In this document: one piece after another, positions 46,362 through 54,762 of the stretch | Numbering within the stretch: position 1 is the first letter of the stretch | Layout of the letters: each line of letters opens with the position of its first letter | NCBI GenBank assembly: GCA_029883975.1 | Contig: JAOUIL010000007.1 | Coordinates: forward strand, 1,627 to 65,626 | From: Betaproteobacteria bacterium | GTDB taxonomy: Bacteria > Pseudomonadota > Gammaproteobacteria > Burkholderiales > SG8-39 | Direction: 5' to 3' | Length of the DNA: 64,000 nt | Notes under the pieces: model-generated | Databases searched by the model: none | What the model was told of the DNA's origin: nothing | The model's input: only the letters and a program-made list of their open reading frames with translations | Program-made: the position numbers and the translations under genes

Positions 46362-47029
46362 ATGACGAAGAAACTGGCATTGGTATTCGGCGGCTCGCGC
46401 GGCATCGGCGCCGCGTGCGTCCAGGCGCTGGACGGCGATTTCGAGGTCGTGTCCACGTCCAGCAAGCAAGCCGATATCCAGAAGGCCGAGGACGTGAAGC
46501 GCGCGTTCGACGAGGCCGAGAAGCGGCACGGACGCAAGGTCGACTGCGTCGTCGTCGCTGCCGGCATCGGCGTGCCGCCGGGCCCGATCGCGCAGTACGA
46601 CGTCGCGAACTTCAGGAAGCTGGTGGAAGTGAACCTCGTAGGCGCCTTCAACGTGCTGCGCGAGGCGGGGCAGCGCGTCGCCGACGGCGGCTCGATCATC
46701 GCCATCACGACCTCGATGGTGCGCCACGCAGTGCCCGGCTTCGGGCCCTATGCGGGCACGAAAGCCGCGGTCGAAGTCATGCTGCGCTCGATGGCCAAGG
46801 AAATCGCGCCGCGCAAGGTGCGCGTCAACGCGGTAGCGCCGGGTCCGGTGGACACCGACCTGTTTCGCGCCGGCAAGACCGAGGAGGCCAAGCAGCGCTC
46901 GGCGACCCTGAGCCCGTTCAACCGCATCGGCACGCCGGAGGAAGTGGCCGAGGTGGTGGCGTTCCTCGCCTCCGACCGGGCCTCCTGGGTGCACGGCCAG
47001 ATCGTCCAGCCAATGGCGGAATGGTCTGA
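46362..47029 (+). pseudogene. SDR family oxidoreductase with an apparent 1-nt frameshift 20 nt before its expected stop
   Basis: FGGSRGIGAA, YAGTK and PGPVDT fit an SDR. Frame A reads ...WVHGQIVQPMAEW... and stays open to 48746, antisense to the next gene. The next frame reads ...ANGGMV-TGA (47027..47029), the usual SDR C-terminus. Confidence 0.6.
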
Positions 47030-47042
47030 CTCTCGGCGAACG

Positions 47043-48719
47043 CTAGGCGGCGCTGCCGGCCAGGGAGCGCGCCGCGAGCCAGCCGAACACGAGCGCCGGC
47101 CCGAGCGTGATGCCCGGCCCCGGATAGGCGCCGCCCATGATCGAGTTCATGTCGTTGCCGCAGGCGTACAGGCCGGCAATCGGCCGGCCGTCGCGGTCGA
47201 GCACGCGCGCGTCGGCGTCGGTCACGAGGCCCGCCGCGGTGCCGAGGTCGCTCGGATGCAGGCGCACGGCATAGAACGGCGGTTGCTCGATCGGGCGCAT
47301 GCAGGGATTCGGCCCGTGGGCGGCGTCGCCGAGATAGCGCTGGTAGACGTCGCCGCCGAGGTTGAACCGCGTATCGACGCCGCGCACGGCGTCGGCGTTG
47401 TATTGCGCGACCGTGCGCTCGAGCCCCTCGCGCTCGACGCCGAGGCTGCCCGCGAGATCGGCCAGCGCCCTGCCCGACGCGAGGTACCCCTGCGACAGGA
47501 AGCGTCCGGGCCGGAGCGTGAAGGGCCGCACGGCGCCCAGTCCGTACTGCCAGAGGCTGCGCCGGTCGCAGAGCAGGAACGCCGGGATCGCCCCGGCGCG
47601 GAACATCGCCAGCGCGAACTCGTGGTAGGACACGGCTTCGCTCGTGAAGCGCTCCCCGCGCGCATTCACGGCGATGATGCCGGGCTTGCCGCGGTCGGCC
47701 ACCGTGTGCGGAAACACGGCGGCCGAGCCGTCGGCGCGCCGGAACTTCGACATCGGCGCCCAGTAGGCGTTGTGCAGGTTGCCTTCCGCCACGCGGCCGC
47801 CGGCGGATTCGCCCAGGCGCAGGCCGTCGCCCGCGTCGCCCTCGCAGACTGGCGATGCCGGGTCCGCGCCCTGCGGCAGCCAGCGCGCGCGGCGCTGCGC
47901 GTCGTGCGAGAAGCCGCCGGCCGCGAGCACCACGCCGCGGCGCGCCGCGATGCGCGCGCCGTCGCGCAATTCCACGCCCGAGACGCCGCGCTCGTCGCGC
48001 TGCAGCCGGGCGACTTCGGCGCGCGTGCGGATCTCGACGCCCAGGTCGCGCGCCGAGCGCAGCAGCCGCGCGACGAGCGCGTTGCCGAGCACGAGGCTCG
48101 TGCCGCGCGGCGCGGCGAGCCGCTCGCGCGCGTGGCGCACGAGCAGCCGCGCGACGCGCGCCATCGAACGCGGCGAGCGCGTCACCGCGCGCAAGTGCGG
48201 CAGGTCGGCCCGGTCCACCATCATGCCGCCGAACAGCGTGAACTCCGGGAGCGGCGGGCGCAGCAGGGCGAGGTCCGCCCCGAGCGCGCGCGCGTCGTAG
48301 CCGACGGGCTCCAGCACGCGCCCGCCCGGCGTCGCGCCGGGAAGCGAAGGGTAGTAGTCGGGATAGCGCACCACGGGTTTCAGGCGCAGCGCGGTGCGCG
48401 CCTCGAGCCAGTCGATCGCGGCGGGACCCTCGCGCAGGAATGCCTCGACCAGCGCCGGCCGCGCGCCCGCCGACAGCGTGGCGCCGAGATAGGCGCGCGC
48501 CGCGGCCTCGCTGTCGGTGAGGCCGGCGCCCGCCATCTTCGTGTTGGCGGGAATCCAGACCATGCCGCCCGAGATCGCCGCGGTGCCGCCGACCCAGGGC
48601 GTCTTCTCCAGCAGCAGCACGCGAAGTCCGCGCGCGGCCGCGGAGCAGGCGGCGGCGAAGCCGCCGGCGCCGGCGCCCAGCACGATCACGTCGCGCGTCG
48701 AGTCACTCCTCATCGGCAC
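47043..48719 (-). CDS. FAD-dependent oxidoreductase (3-ketosteroid dehydrogenase / fumarate reductase flavoprotein-like)
   Basis: 558 aa with DVIVLGAGAGGFAAA, EKTPWVGGTAAISGG and the C-terminal YACGND...GPGITLGPA. Confidence 0.85.
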   Translation of the reverse strand: MPMRSDSTRDVIVLGAGAGGFAAACSAAARGLRVLLLEKTPWVGGTAAISGGMVWIPANTKMAGAGLTDSEAAARAYLGATLSAGARPALVEAFLREGPAAIDWLEARTALRLKPVVRYPDYYPSLPGATPGGRVLEPVGYDARALGADLALLRPPLPEFTLFGGMMVDRADLPHLRAVTRSPRSMARVARLLVRHARERLAAPRGTSLVLGNALVARLLRSARDLGVEIRTRAEVARLQRDERGVSGVELRDGARIAARRGVVLAAGGFSHDAQRRARWLPQGADPASPVCEGDAGDGLRLGESAGGRVAEGNLHNAYWAPMSKFRRADGSAAVFPHTVADRGKPGIIAVNARGERFTSEAVSYHEFALAMFRAGAIPAFLLCDRRSLWQYGLGAVRPFTLRPGRFLSQGYLASGRALADLAGSLGVEREGLERTVAQYNADAVRGVDTRFNLGGDVYQRYLGDAAHGPNPCMRPIEQPPFYAVRLHPSDLGTAAGLVTDADARVLDRDGRPIAGLYACGNDMNSIMGGAYPGPGITLGPALVFGWLAARSLAGSAA

Positions 48720-48762
48720 ATGCTGTATACGCTAATTTACGACTGAAGAATCGGGAGAGGCC

Positions 48763-50244
48763 GTGGCAGACGTTTACGATGTCATCGTGGTCGGCGCGGG
48801 CAACGCCGCGTTCTGCGCGGCGCTCGCCGCGCGCGAGAAGGTCCAGAAGGTGCTGGTGCTCGAGCGCTCGGGCGAGGACGAGTCGGGCGGCAACTCGCGC
48901 TTCACGGCGGGGCTGATGCGCGTCGCCTACGCGGGCGTGGACGACCTGAAGCGCGCGATTCCCGACCTGACGGCCGAGGAGATCGCGCGCACCGATTTCG
49001 GCACCTACACCGAGGACCAGTTCCTCGACGACATGGCGCGCGTCACCGAGTACCGCTGCGACCCGGACCTCACCGAGATCCTGGTGAAGCGCAGCCTCGA
49101 CACGGTGGCCTGGATGCGCGCCAAGGGCGTGCGCTTCACCGCCGCCTGGGGGCGGCAGGCGTTCAACATCGGCGGCAGGTTCAAGTTCTGGGGCGGGCTT
49201 ACGGTGGAAGCCGTGGGGGGCGGGCCCGGGCTGGTGGAGTCGCTCACCAACGCGGCGAAGAAGAACGGCATCGACCTCTGGTACTCGGCGCGCGCGGTGG
49301 GCCTCATCGCCGACGACGAGGGCGTGCAGGGCGTGCGCGTGAAGAAGGACGGCAAGACCGTGGAAGTGCGCGCGCCGAGCGTGGTGCTCGCCGCGGGCGG
49401 ATTCCAGGCCAATCCCGAGTGGCGCGCACGCTACCTCGGGCCCGGCTGGGAGCTCGCCAAGGTGCGCGGCACGCGCTTCAACACCGGCGACGTGATCCGC
49501 ATGGCGCTCGACGTCGGCGCCGCGCCCGTGGGCAACTGGTCCGGCTGCCACGCGGTGGCCTGGGAGCGCAACGCCCCCGAGTTCGGCGACCTCGCCGTGG
49601 GCGACCAGTTCCAGAAGCACTCCTATCCCTGGGGCGTGTACGTCAACGCGCTCGGCAAGCGGTTCGTCGACGAGGGCGCGGACTTCCGCAATTACACCTA
49701 CGCCAAGTACGGGCGCGTGATCCTCGGCCAGCCGGGGCAGTTCGCCTGGCAGATCTTCGACGCCAAGGTGAAGGCGCAGCTGCGCGACGAGTACAAGATC
49801 CGCCAGGTCACCAAGGTGACGGCGAACACGCTGGAAGAGCTGTGCGCGAAGCTGGAGGACACCGACGGGAAGACCGCGCTCGAGGAGCTGAAGGCCTACA
49901 ACGCCGCGGTGCGCCAGGACATCCCGTTCAACCCGAACGTCAAGGACGGGCGTTGCACGCGAGGCCTCGCGATCCCGAAGTCGAACTGGGCGAACACCCT
50001 CGATACGCCGCCGTTCGAGGCCTACGCGGTGACCTGCGGCATCACGTTCACCTTCGGGGGCTTGCGCATCAACACCGAGGCGCAGGTGATCTCGACCGAC
50101 GGCGCGCCGATCCCGGGCCTGTACGCGGCGGGCGAGCTGGTCGGCGGCATCTTCTACTTCAACTACCCCGGCGGCACGGGGTTGACCAACGGCGCGGTGT
50201 TCGGGCGCATTGCGGGCGCAAGCGCCGCGCTACACTCGACTTAG
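48763..50244 (+). CDS. tcuA: FAD-dependent tricarballylate dehydrogenase TcuA-like flavoprotein
   Basis: GTG 48763 follows the RBS GGGAGAGG. YDVIVVGAGNAAFCAALAARE, GGNSRFTAG and the C-terminal YAAGELVGG resemble TcuA as I recall it. Confidence 0.7.
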   Translation: MADVYDVIVVGAGNAAFCAALAAREKVQKVLVLERSGEDESGGNSRFTAGLMRVAYAGVDDLKRAIPDLTAEEIARTDFGTYTEDQFLDDMARVTEYRCDPDLTEILVKRSLDTVAWMRAKGVRFTAAWGRQAFNIGGRFKFWGGLTVEAVGGGPGLVESLTNAAKKNGIDLWYSARAVGLIADDEGVQGVRVKKDGKTVEVRAPSVVLAAGGFQANPEWRARYLGPGWELAKVRGTRFNTGDVIRMALDVGAAPVGNWSGCHAVAWERNAPEFGDLAVGDQFQKHSYPWGVYVNALGKRFVDEGADFRNYTYAKYGRVILGQPGQFAWQIFDAKVKAQLRDEYKIRQVTKVTANTLEELCAKLEDTDGKTALEELKAYNAAVRQDIPFNPNVKDGRCTRGLAIPKSNWANTLDTPPFEAYAVTCGITFTFGGLRINTEAQVISTDGAPIPGLYAAGELVGGIFYFNYPGGTGLTNGAVFGRIAGASAALHST

Positions 50245-50271
50245 AACGACCTGTCCAACAAGGAGGAGCAC

Positions 50272-51369
50272 ATGAGGACCATCATGCACACGAGCCGGCG
50301 CAGATTGATCAAGGCTGCCGTGGCGGGCGCGCTCGCTGCGTCCCTGCCGCTCGCCGCGCACGCGGCCGACTTCCGCGGCAAGACCATCGATTTCGTCATT
50401 CCGTTCCCGGTCGCCGGCGGCTCGGACGTGTGGGCGCGCTTCTATGCGCCGTTCATGACCAAGTACCTGCCCGGCAACCCGACGGTCGTGGTGAAGAACG
50501 TCCCGGGCGGCGGCTCGACGCGCGGCGCGAACGAGTTCGCGGAGCGGGCGAAGCCCGACGGCCTCACCATCCTCGGCACCTCGGGCTCGACCCAGTTCCC
50601 GTACCTGCTCGGCGACACGCGCGTGCGCTACGAGTACAAGGACTGGACGCCGGTGCTGGCCTCGCCGACCGGCGGCGTCGTGTTCGTGAACGCGAATCTC
50701 GGCGTCAAGTCCGCCGCGGACATCGCCGCGCTGAGGAAAGCCAAGCTCATCTACGGCAGCGAAGGCGCGACCTCGCTCAGCCTCGTGCCGATGCTCGCCT
50801 TCCGCCAGCTCGACCTGCCCGTGCAGTACGTCTTCGGCATGAAGGCGCGCGGCGGCGCACGCCTCGCCTTCGAGCGCGGCGAGTCGAACATCGACTACCA
50901 GACCTCGTCGGCCTACCTCGCGAGCGTCGTGCCCCTGGTCAAGGCCGGCAAGGCCGTGCCGCTGTTCAGCTGGGGCGTGCTCGATGCCAGCGGCAAGCTG
51001 GCGCGCGACCCGACCTTCCCCGACCTGCCGCACGTCGGCGAGGTCATCGGCGCCGCGGGCGGCAAGCAGTCCGGCCTGGAGTGGGACACGCTGATGGCCT
51101 TCATCACGGCGGGCTTCGGTGCGCAGAAGATCGTCGTGTTGCCCAAGGGAACGCCGAAGGACATCGTCGCGGCCTACTCCCAGGCGTTCGGAAAGATGCA
51201 GAGCGACCCGCAGTTCGCGGCCACGAAGGAGAAGATCCTCGGCGAGTACCCGCAGGCGACCGGCAAGGACGCCGAGACGCTCTACCGCGTGGCCACCCAG
51301 GTGTCTCCGGCCTCGCGCTACTGGGTGCGCGAGCACCTCGTGCAGAACTACGGGGTGAAGTTCGAATAG
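50272..51369 (+). CDS. divergent TTT-family (TctC/Bug-like) substrate-binding protein with a Tat-like signal
   Basis: The RBS AAGGAGGAG precedes the start. SRRRLIKAAVAGALAASLPLAAHA and IPFPVAGGSDVWAR fit the family. At 365 aa it is longer than typical Bug proteins. Confidence 0.65.
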   Translation: MRTIMHTSRRRLIKAAVAGALAASLPLAAHAADFRGKTIDFVIPFPVAGGSDVWARFYAPFMTKYLPGNPTVVVKNVPGGGSTRGANEFAERAKPDGLTILGTSGSTQFPYLLGDTRVRYEYKDWTPVLASPTGGVVFVNANLGVKSAADIAALRKAKLIYGSEGATSLSLVPMLAFRQLDLPVQYVFGMKARGGARLAFERGESNIDYQTSSAYLASVVPLVKAGKAVPLFSWGVLDASGKLARDPTFPDLPHVGEVIGAAGGKQSGLEWDTLMAFITAGFGAQKIVVLPKGTPKDIVAAYSQAFGKMQSDPQFAATKEKILGEYPQATGKDAETLYRVATQVSPASRYWVREHLVQNYGVKFE

Positions 51370-51403
51370 GACGGCGACGGCGCCCGCGGCGCCGTCCCAG
51401 CCC

Positions 51404-53401
51404 ATGCTCGACACGCTGCTCACCGCGCTCGGCAATCTGTTTGCCGCCCAGCACCTGATGTTCCTGGCGGTGGGCGTGGTGATCGGCATGGCGATCGGCA
51501 TCCTGCCCGGCCTGGGCGGCATCGCCGGGCTGTCGCTGCTGCTGCCCTTCCTGTACGGCATGAACGAGGTGTCGGCGCTCGCGATGCTCGTGGGCCTGAT
51601 CGCGGTGATCAACACCTCGGACACCTTCACCTCGGTGCTGATGGGCATCCCGGGCTCGAGCGCGAGCCAGGCGACGGTGGTCGACGGCTTCCCGCTCGCG
51701 CAGCAAGGGCATGCCGCGCGCGCGCTCGGCGCCGCCTTCTCGGCCTCGCTGCTGGGCGGCGTGTTCGGTGCGCTGCTGCTCAGCGTGGCGGTGCTGGTCG
51801 CGCGGCCCGTGATCCTCGCCTTCAGCTCCGCCGAGATGTTCATGCTCGCGGTGTTCGGCATGTCGATGGTCGGCGTGCTCGCGGGCGCGAGCCTCGCCAA
51901 GGGCCTGGCCGCCTGCGGCATCGGCCTGGTGCTCGGCACGATCGGCCCCGCGCCGGCCACCGGCGTGGAGCGCATGCACCTGGGCATCGACTACCTGCGC
52001 GACGGCCTGCCGCTGGTGGTAGTCGCGCTGGGCCTGTTTGCCTTTCCGGAGATCGTCGACCTGCTGCGCCTGAACCGGCCGATCGCCAAGGCCAGCAAGC
52101 TCGGCGCGGGCTGGATGCAGGGCTTTTGCGACACGGTGCGCCACTGGTTCATCGTCCTGCGCTGCTCCGGGCTCGGCGCGCTGGTCGGCGCGATCCCGGG
52201 CCTGGGCGGCAGCGTGGTCGACTGGATCGCCTACGGGCACGTGGTGCAGACCTCGCGCGACAAGTCGAAGTTCGGCAGCGGCGACATCCGCGGCGTGGTG
52301 GCCCCGGAGTCGGCGAACAATGCCTGCCAGGGCGGCGCGCTCATGCCGACGCTCCTGTTCGGCGTGCCGGGATCGGGCAGCATGGCGATCTTCCTGGCGG
52401 GCCTGGTGCTGCTCGGCATCGAGCCGGGACCGAGCATGGTGGGCGAGAACCTGTCGCTCTCCTACACGGTGGTGTGGTCGCTCGCGCTCGCCAACGTGAT
52501 CGGCGCGGGCCTGTGCCTGCTGCTCGCCGGCCCGATCGCGCGGCTGACGCTCATCCCGTTCACGCTGATCGCGCCTTTCATGATGGTGGTGATCACCTTC
52601 GCCGCATTCCAGGCGCGTCGCGACCTCTCGGACCTGGTGCTGCTGCTCGGTGTCGGCCTGGTCGGCATCCTGCTGCGCCGCTTCGGCTGGCCGCGGCCGG
52701 CGGTGCTGATCGGCTTCGTGCTCGCGCCGCAGGCGGAGACCTATCTCTACCAGGCGGTGCAGTTCTACTCGTGGGGGTTTCTCGCCCGCCCCGGCGTGCT
52801 CATCATCCTCGCCATCACGGCGGTCTCGGTGTTCCTCGGCTCTCGCTCGCGCGTCGGCGAGGAGGGCGTGGTGCGCGGCGGCGCCGAGGCCGCGAGCGCG
52901 CCGCACCCGGGCGCGCGGCGGCGCGGGCCGCAGATCCTGTTCGCTGCCGGCGCCGCGACGCTGTTCGCCTTCGCCATCGTGGACGGATTGCGGCACTCGT
53001 TCCTGGCGGCGGTGTTTCCGGTGGCGGTCGGCGCGGCGTCGCTCGCCGCCGGCGGCTACGTGCTGTGGGCGGTTACGGGGCGCCGCGTCGATCACCCCGC
53101 CAACCAGGACCAGGAGGTCACCGGCGCGCACGTCGGCGACCCGACGGTTGCCGACCCCTGGACGAGCGTTGCCTGGTTCGCCGCGCTGTTCGCGCTCGCC
53201 GCGCTGCTGGGCTACCTGCTGGCGGTCGCGCTGTTCTTCCTCGTCTTCGTGCGCAAGCGCGCGGGCCGCAGCTGGCCGGTGACCGTCGCCTACACGGTCG
53301 CGATGCTCGCCTGCGTCCTCTTGCTCGGGCATGCGCTGAGCCTCGATTTCCCGCGCGGGCTGCTGCAGGCCTACGTGGACCTGCCGTGGCCGTTCAACTG
53401 A
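51404..53401 (+). CDS. tctA: TctA-family tripartite tricarboxylate transporter large permease with a C-terminal TctB-like extension
   Basis: 665 aa. The first ~500 aa are TctA-like (GILPGLGGIAGLSLLLPF, GIPGSSASQATVVDG). The last ~160 aa have four hydrophobic helices ending LSLDFPRGLL, like the small TctB subunit. Confidence 0.85.
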   Translation: MLDTLLTALGNLFAAQHLMFLAVGVVIGMAIGILPGLGGIAGLSLLLPFLYGMNEVSALAMLVGLIAVINTSDTFTSVLMGIPGSSASQATVVDGFPLAQQGHAARALGAAFSASLLGGVFGALLLSVAVLVARPVILAFSSAEMFMLAVFGMSMVGVLAGASLAKGLAACGIGLVLGTIGPAPATGVERMHLGIDYLRDGLPLVVVALGLFAFPEIVDLLRLNRPIAKASKLGAGWMQGFCDTVRHWFIVLRCSGLGALVGAIPGLGGSVVDWIAYGHVVQTSRDKSKFGSGDIRGVVAPESANNACQGGALMPTLLFGVPGSGSMAIFLAGLVLLGIEPGPSMVGENLSLSYTVVWSLALANVIGAGLCLLLAGPIARLTLIPFTLIAPFMMVVITFAAFQARRDLSDLVLLLGVGLVGILLRRFGWPRPAVLIGFVLAPQAETYLYQAVQFYSWGFLARPGVLIILAITAVSVFLGSRSRVGEEGVVRGGAEAASAPHPGARRRGPQILFAAGAATLFAFAIVDGLRHSFLAAVFPVAVGAASLAAGGYVLWAVTGRRVDHPANQDQEVTGAHVGDPTVADPWTSVAWFAALFALAALLGYLLAVALFFLVFVRKRAGRSWPVTVAYTVAMLACVLLLGHALSLDFPRGLLQAYVDLPWPFN

Positions 53402-53409
53402 CCGCCCCG

Positions 53410-54753
53410 ATGGCCACCGTCCTGGAGCGCTTCGCCGACTGGGCCGTCGCGTTCCGCGCGCAGCCGCTTGCGTCCGAGGTCGTCCACCATGCCAGGCGCG
53501 CGGTGATCGACCTGCACGCGGCGATGATCTCGGGCGCCGTCGAGGCGCCCGCGACGCTGCTGGAGAGGGCGCTCGCCGAGGAGCTCGACCGCGGCGAGGC
53601 GCGTCTCGCGCTCGGGCGCCGCGCCGCGGTGCGCGCGGCGGGCCTGATCAACGGCGCGGCCGCGCACACCACCGAGGTGGACGACATCTTCCGCGACGGC
53701 ATCTACCACCCGGGCGCGCCGACCATTCCCGCGGCGCTCGCGCTCGCGCAGTCGCTCGGCGCCTCGGGCGAGGCGTTCCTGCGCGCCGTGGTGGTCGGCT
53801 ACGAGATCTCGACGCGCATCGGCGCGGCGATGGGCCGCGCGCACTACAGGTACTGGCACAACACCGGCACGATCGGTTGCTTCGGCTCTTGCGCGGCGGC
53901 CGCGGAGCTCCTTGGCCTCGATGCGAAGCGCTTCGCGCACGCGCTCGCGACCGTGACCACGTTCTCCGCGGGCTTGCAGCAGTCCTTTCGCCAGGACTCG
54001 ATGTCCAAGCCCCTGCACGCGGGTCGCGCGGCGGAAGCCGGGCTTACCGCGGCGCTCGCCGCGCGCGAAGGGGTGATCGGCTCGCTCGACGTGATCGACG
54101 GCGAGGCGGGCTACGGGCGCGCGATGAGCGACGGGCCCGACTGGGACAAGGCGGTGGCGACGCTCGGGAAGGACTTTCACATCACGCGCATGACGTTCAA
54201 GAATCACACCTGCTGCGGCCACACCTTCGCCGCCATCGACGGCGCGCTCGCGCTGCAGGCGAAGATGGGCCTCAAGGCGCAGGACATCGCCCGCGTGCAC
54301 GTCGGCACCTACAAGGCGGCGCTGGACGTCGCCGGCTACGAAGAGCCGCGCACGGCGGCCGAGGGCCGCTTCTCGCTCAAGTACGTGGTGGCCACCGCGC
54401 TCACGCACGGCAGCGTGCGCTTCGCCGCCTTCGCGCCGGCGCGCCTCTCGGACCCGGCGACGCGCGAGCTGATGCACCACATCGACGTGGCGGTGGACCC
54501 GCAGCTCGACGCCGCCTTCCCCGCGCAGCGGGCCGCGCGCGTGGCGATCGAAGCGCGCGACGGGCGGCGCGAGGAGTTCCTGCAACCCACGCGCATCGGC
54601 GACCCGGACGCGCCGCTCTCGGACGCGCAGCTCGACGCCAAGTTCCTCGAGCTCGCCGGGCCTGTGCTCGGCGACGCGGCGGCGCGCGCGCAGCTGGCCT
54701 CGCTCTGGAAGATCGACTCGCGGCCGACCCTGCGCCCCGGCGCTGGGGGATAA
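53410..54753 (+). CDS. MmgE/PrpD family protein (2-methylcitrate dehydratase-like)
   Basis: 447 aa from ATG 53410 with INGAAAHTTEVDD, YHPGAP and WHNTGT. Confidence 0.85.
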   Translation: MATVLERFADWAVAFRAQPLASEVVHHARRAVIDLHAAMISGAVEAPATLLERALAEELDRGEARLALGRRAAVRAAGLINGAAAHTTEVDDIFRDGIYHPGAPTIPAALALAQSLGASGEAFLRAVVVGYEISTRIGAAMGRAHYRYWHNTGTIGCFGSCAAAAELLGLDAKRFAHALATVTTFSAGLQQSFRQDSMSKPLHAGRAAEAGLTAALAAREGVIGSLDVIDGEAGYGRAMSDGPDWDKAVATLGKDFHITRMTFKNHTCCGHTFAAIDGALALQAKMGLKAQDIARVHVGTYKAALDVAGYEEPRTAAEGRFSLKYVVATALTHGSVRFAAFAPARLSDPATRELMHHIDVAVDPQLDAAFPAQRAARVAIEARDGRREEFLQPTRIGDPDAPLSDAQLDAKFLELAGPVLGDAAARAQLASLWKIDSRPTLRPGAGG

Positions 54754-54762
54754 TCGCGCCCC

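Noticed and set aside
47030-48746. Continuation of the SDR reading frame (track ORF 46146..48746, 866 aa) as a possible giant fusion protein.
   Set aside because: The continuation is exactly antisense to a well-supported FAD oxidoreductase gene and has a shadow-ORF composition. A 1-nt frame correction restores the normal SDR C-terminus ANGGMV-stop.
51104-53332. 742-aa ORF antisense to the TctA gene.
   Set aside because: It is a shadow ORF with extreme R/H/D/E/A/Q content, while the opposite strand encodes a clear polytopic TctA.
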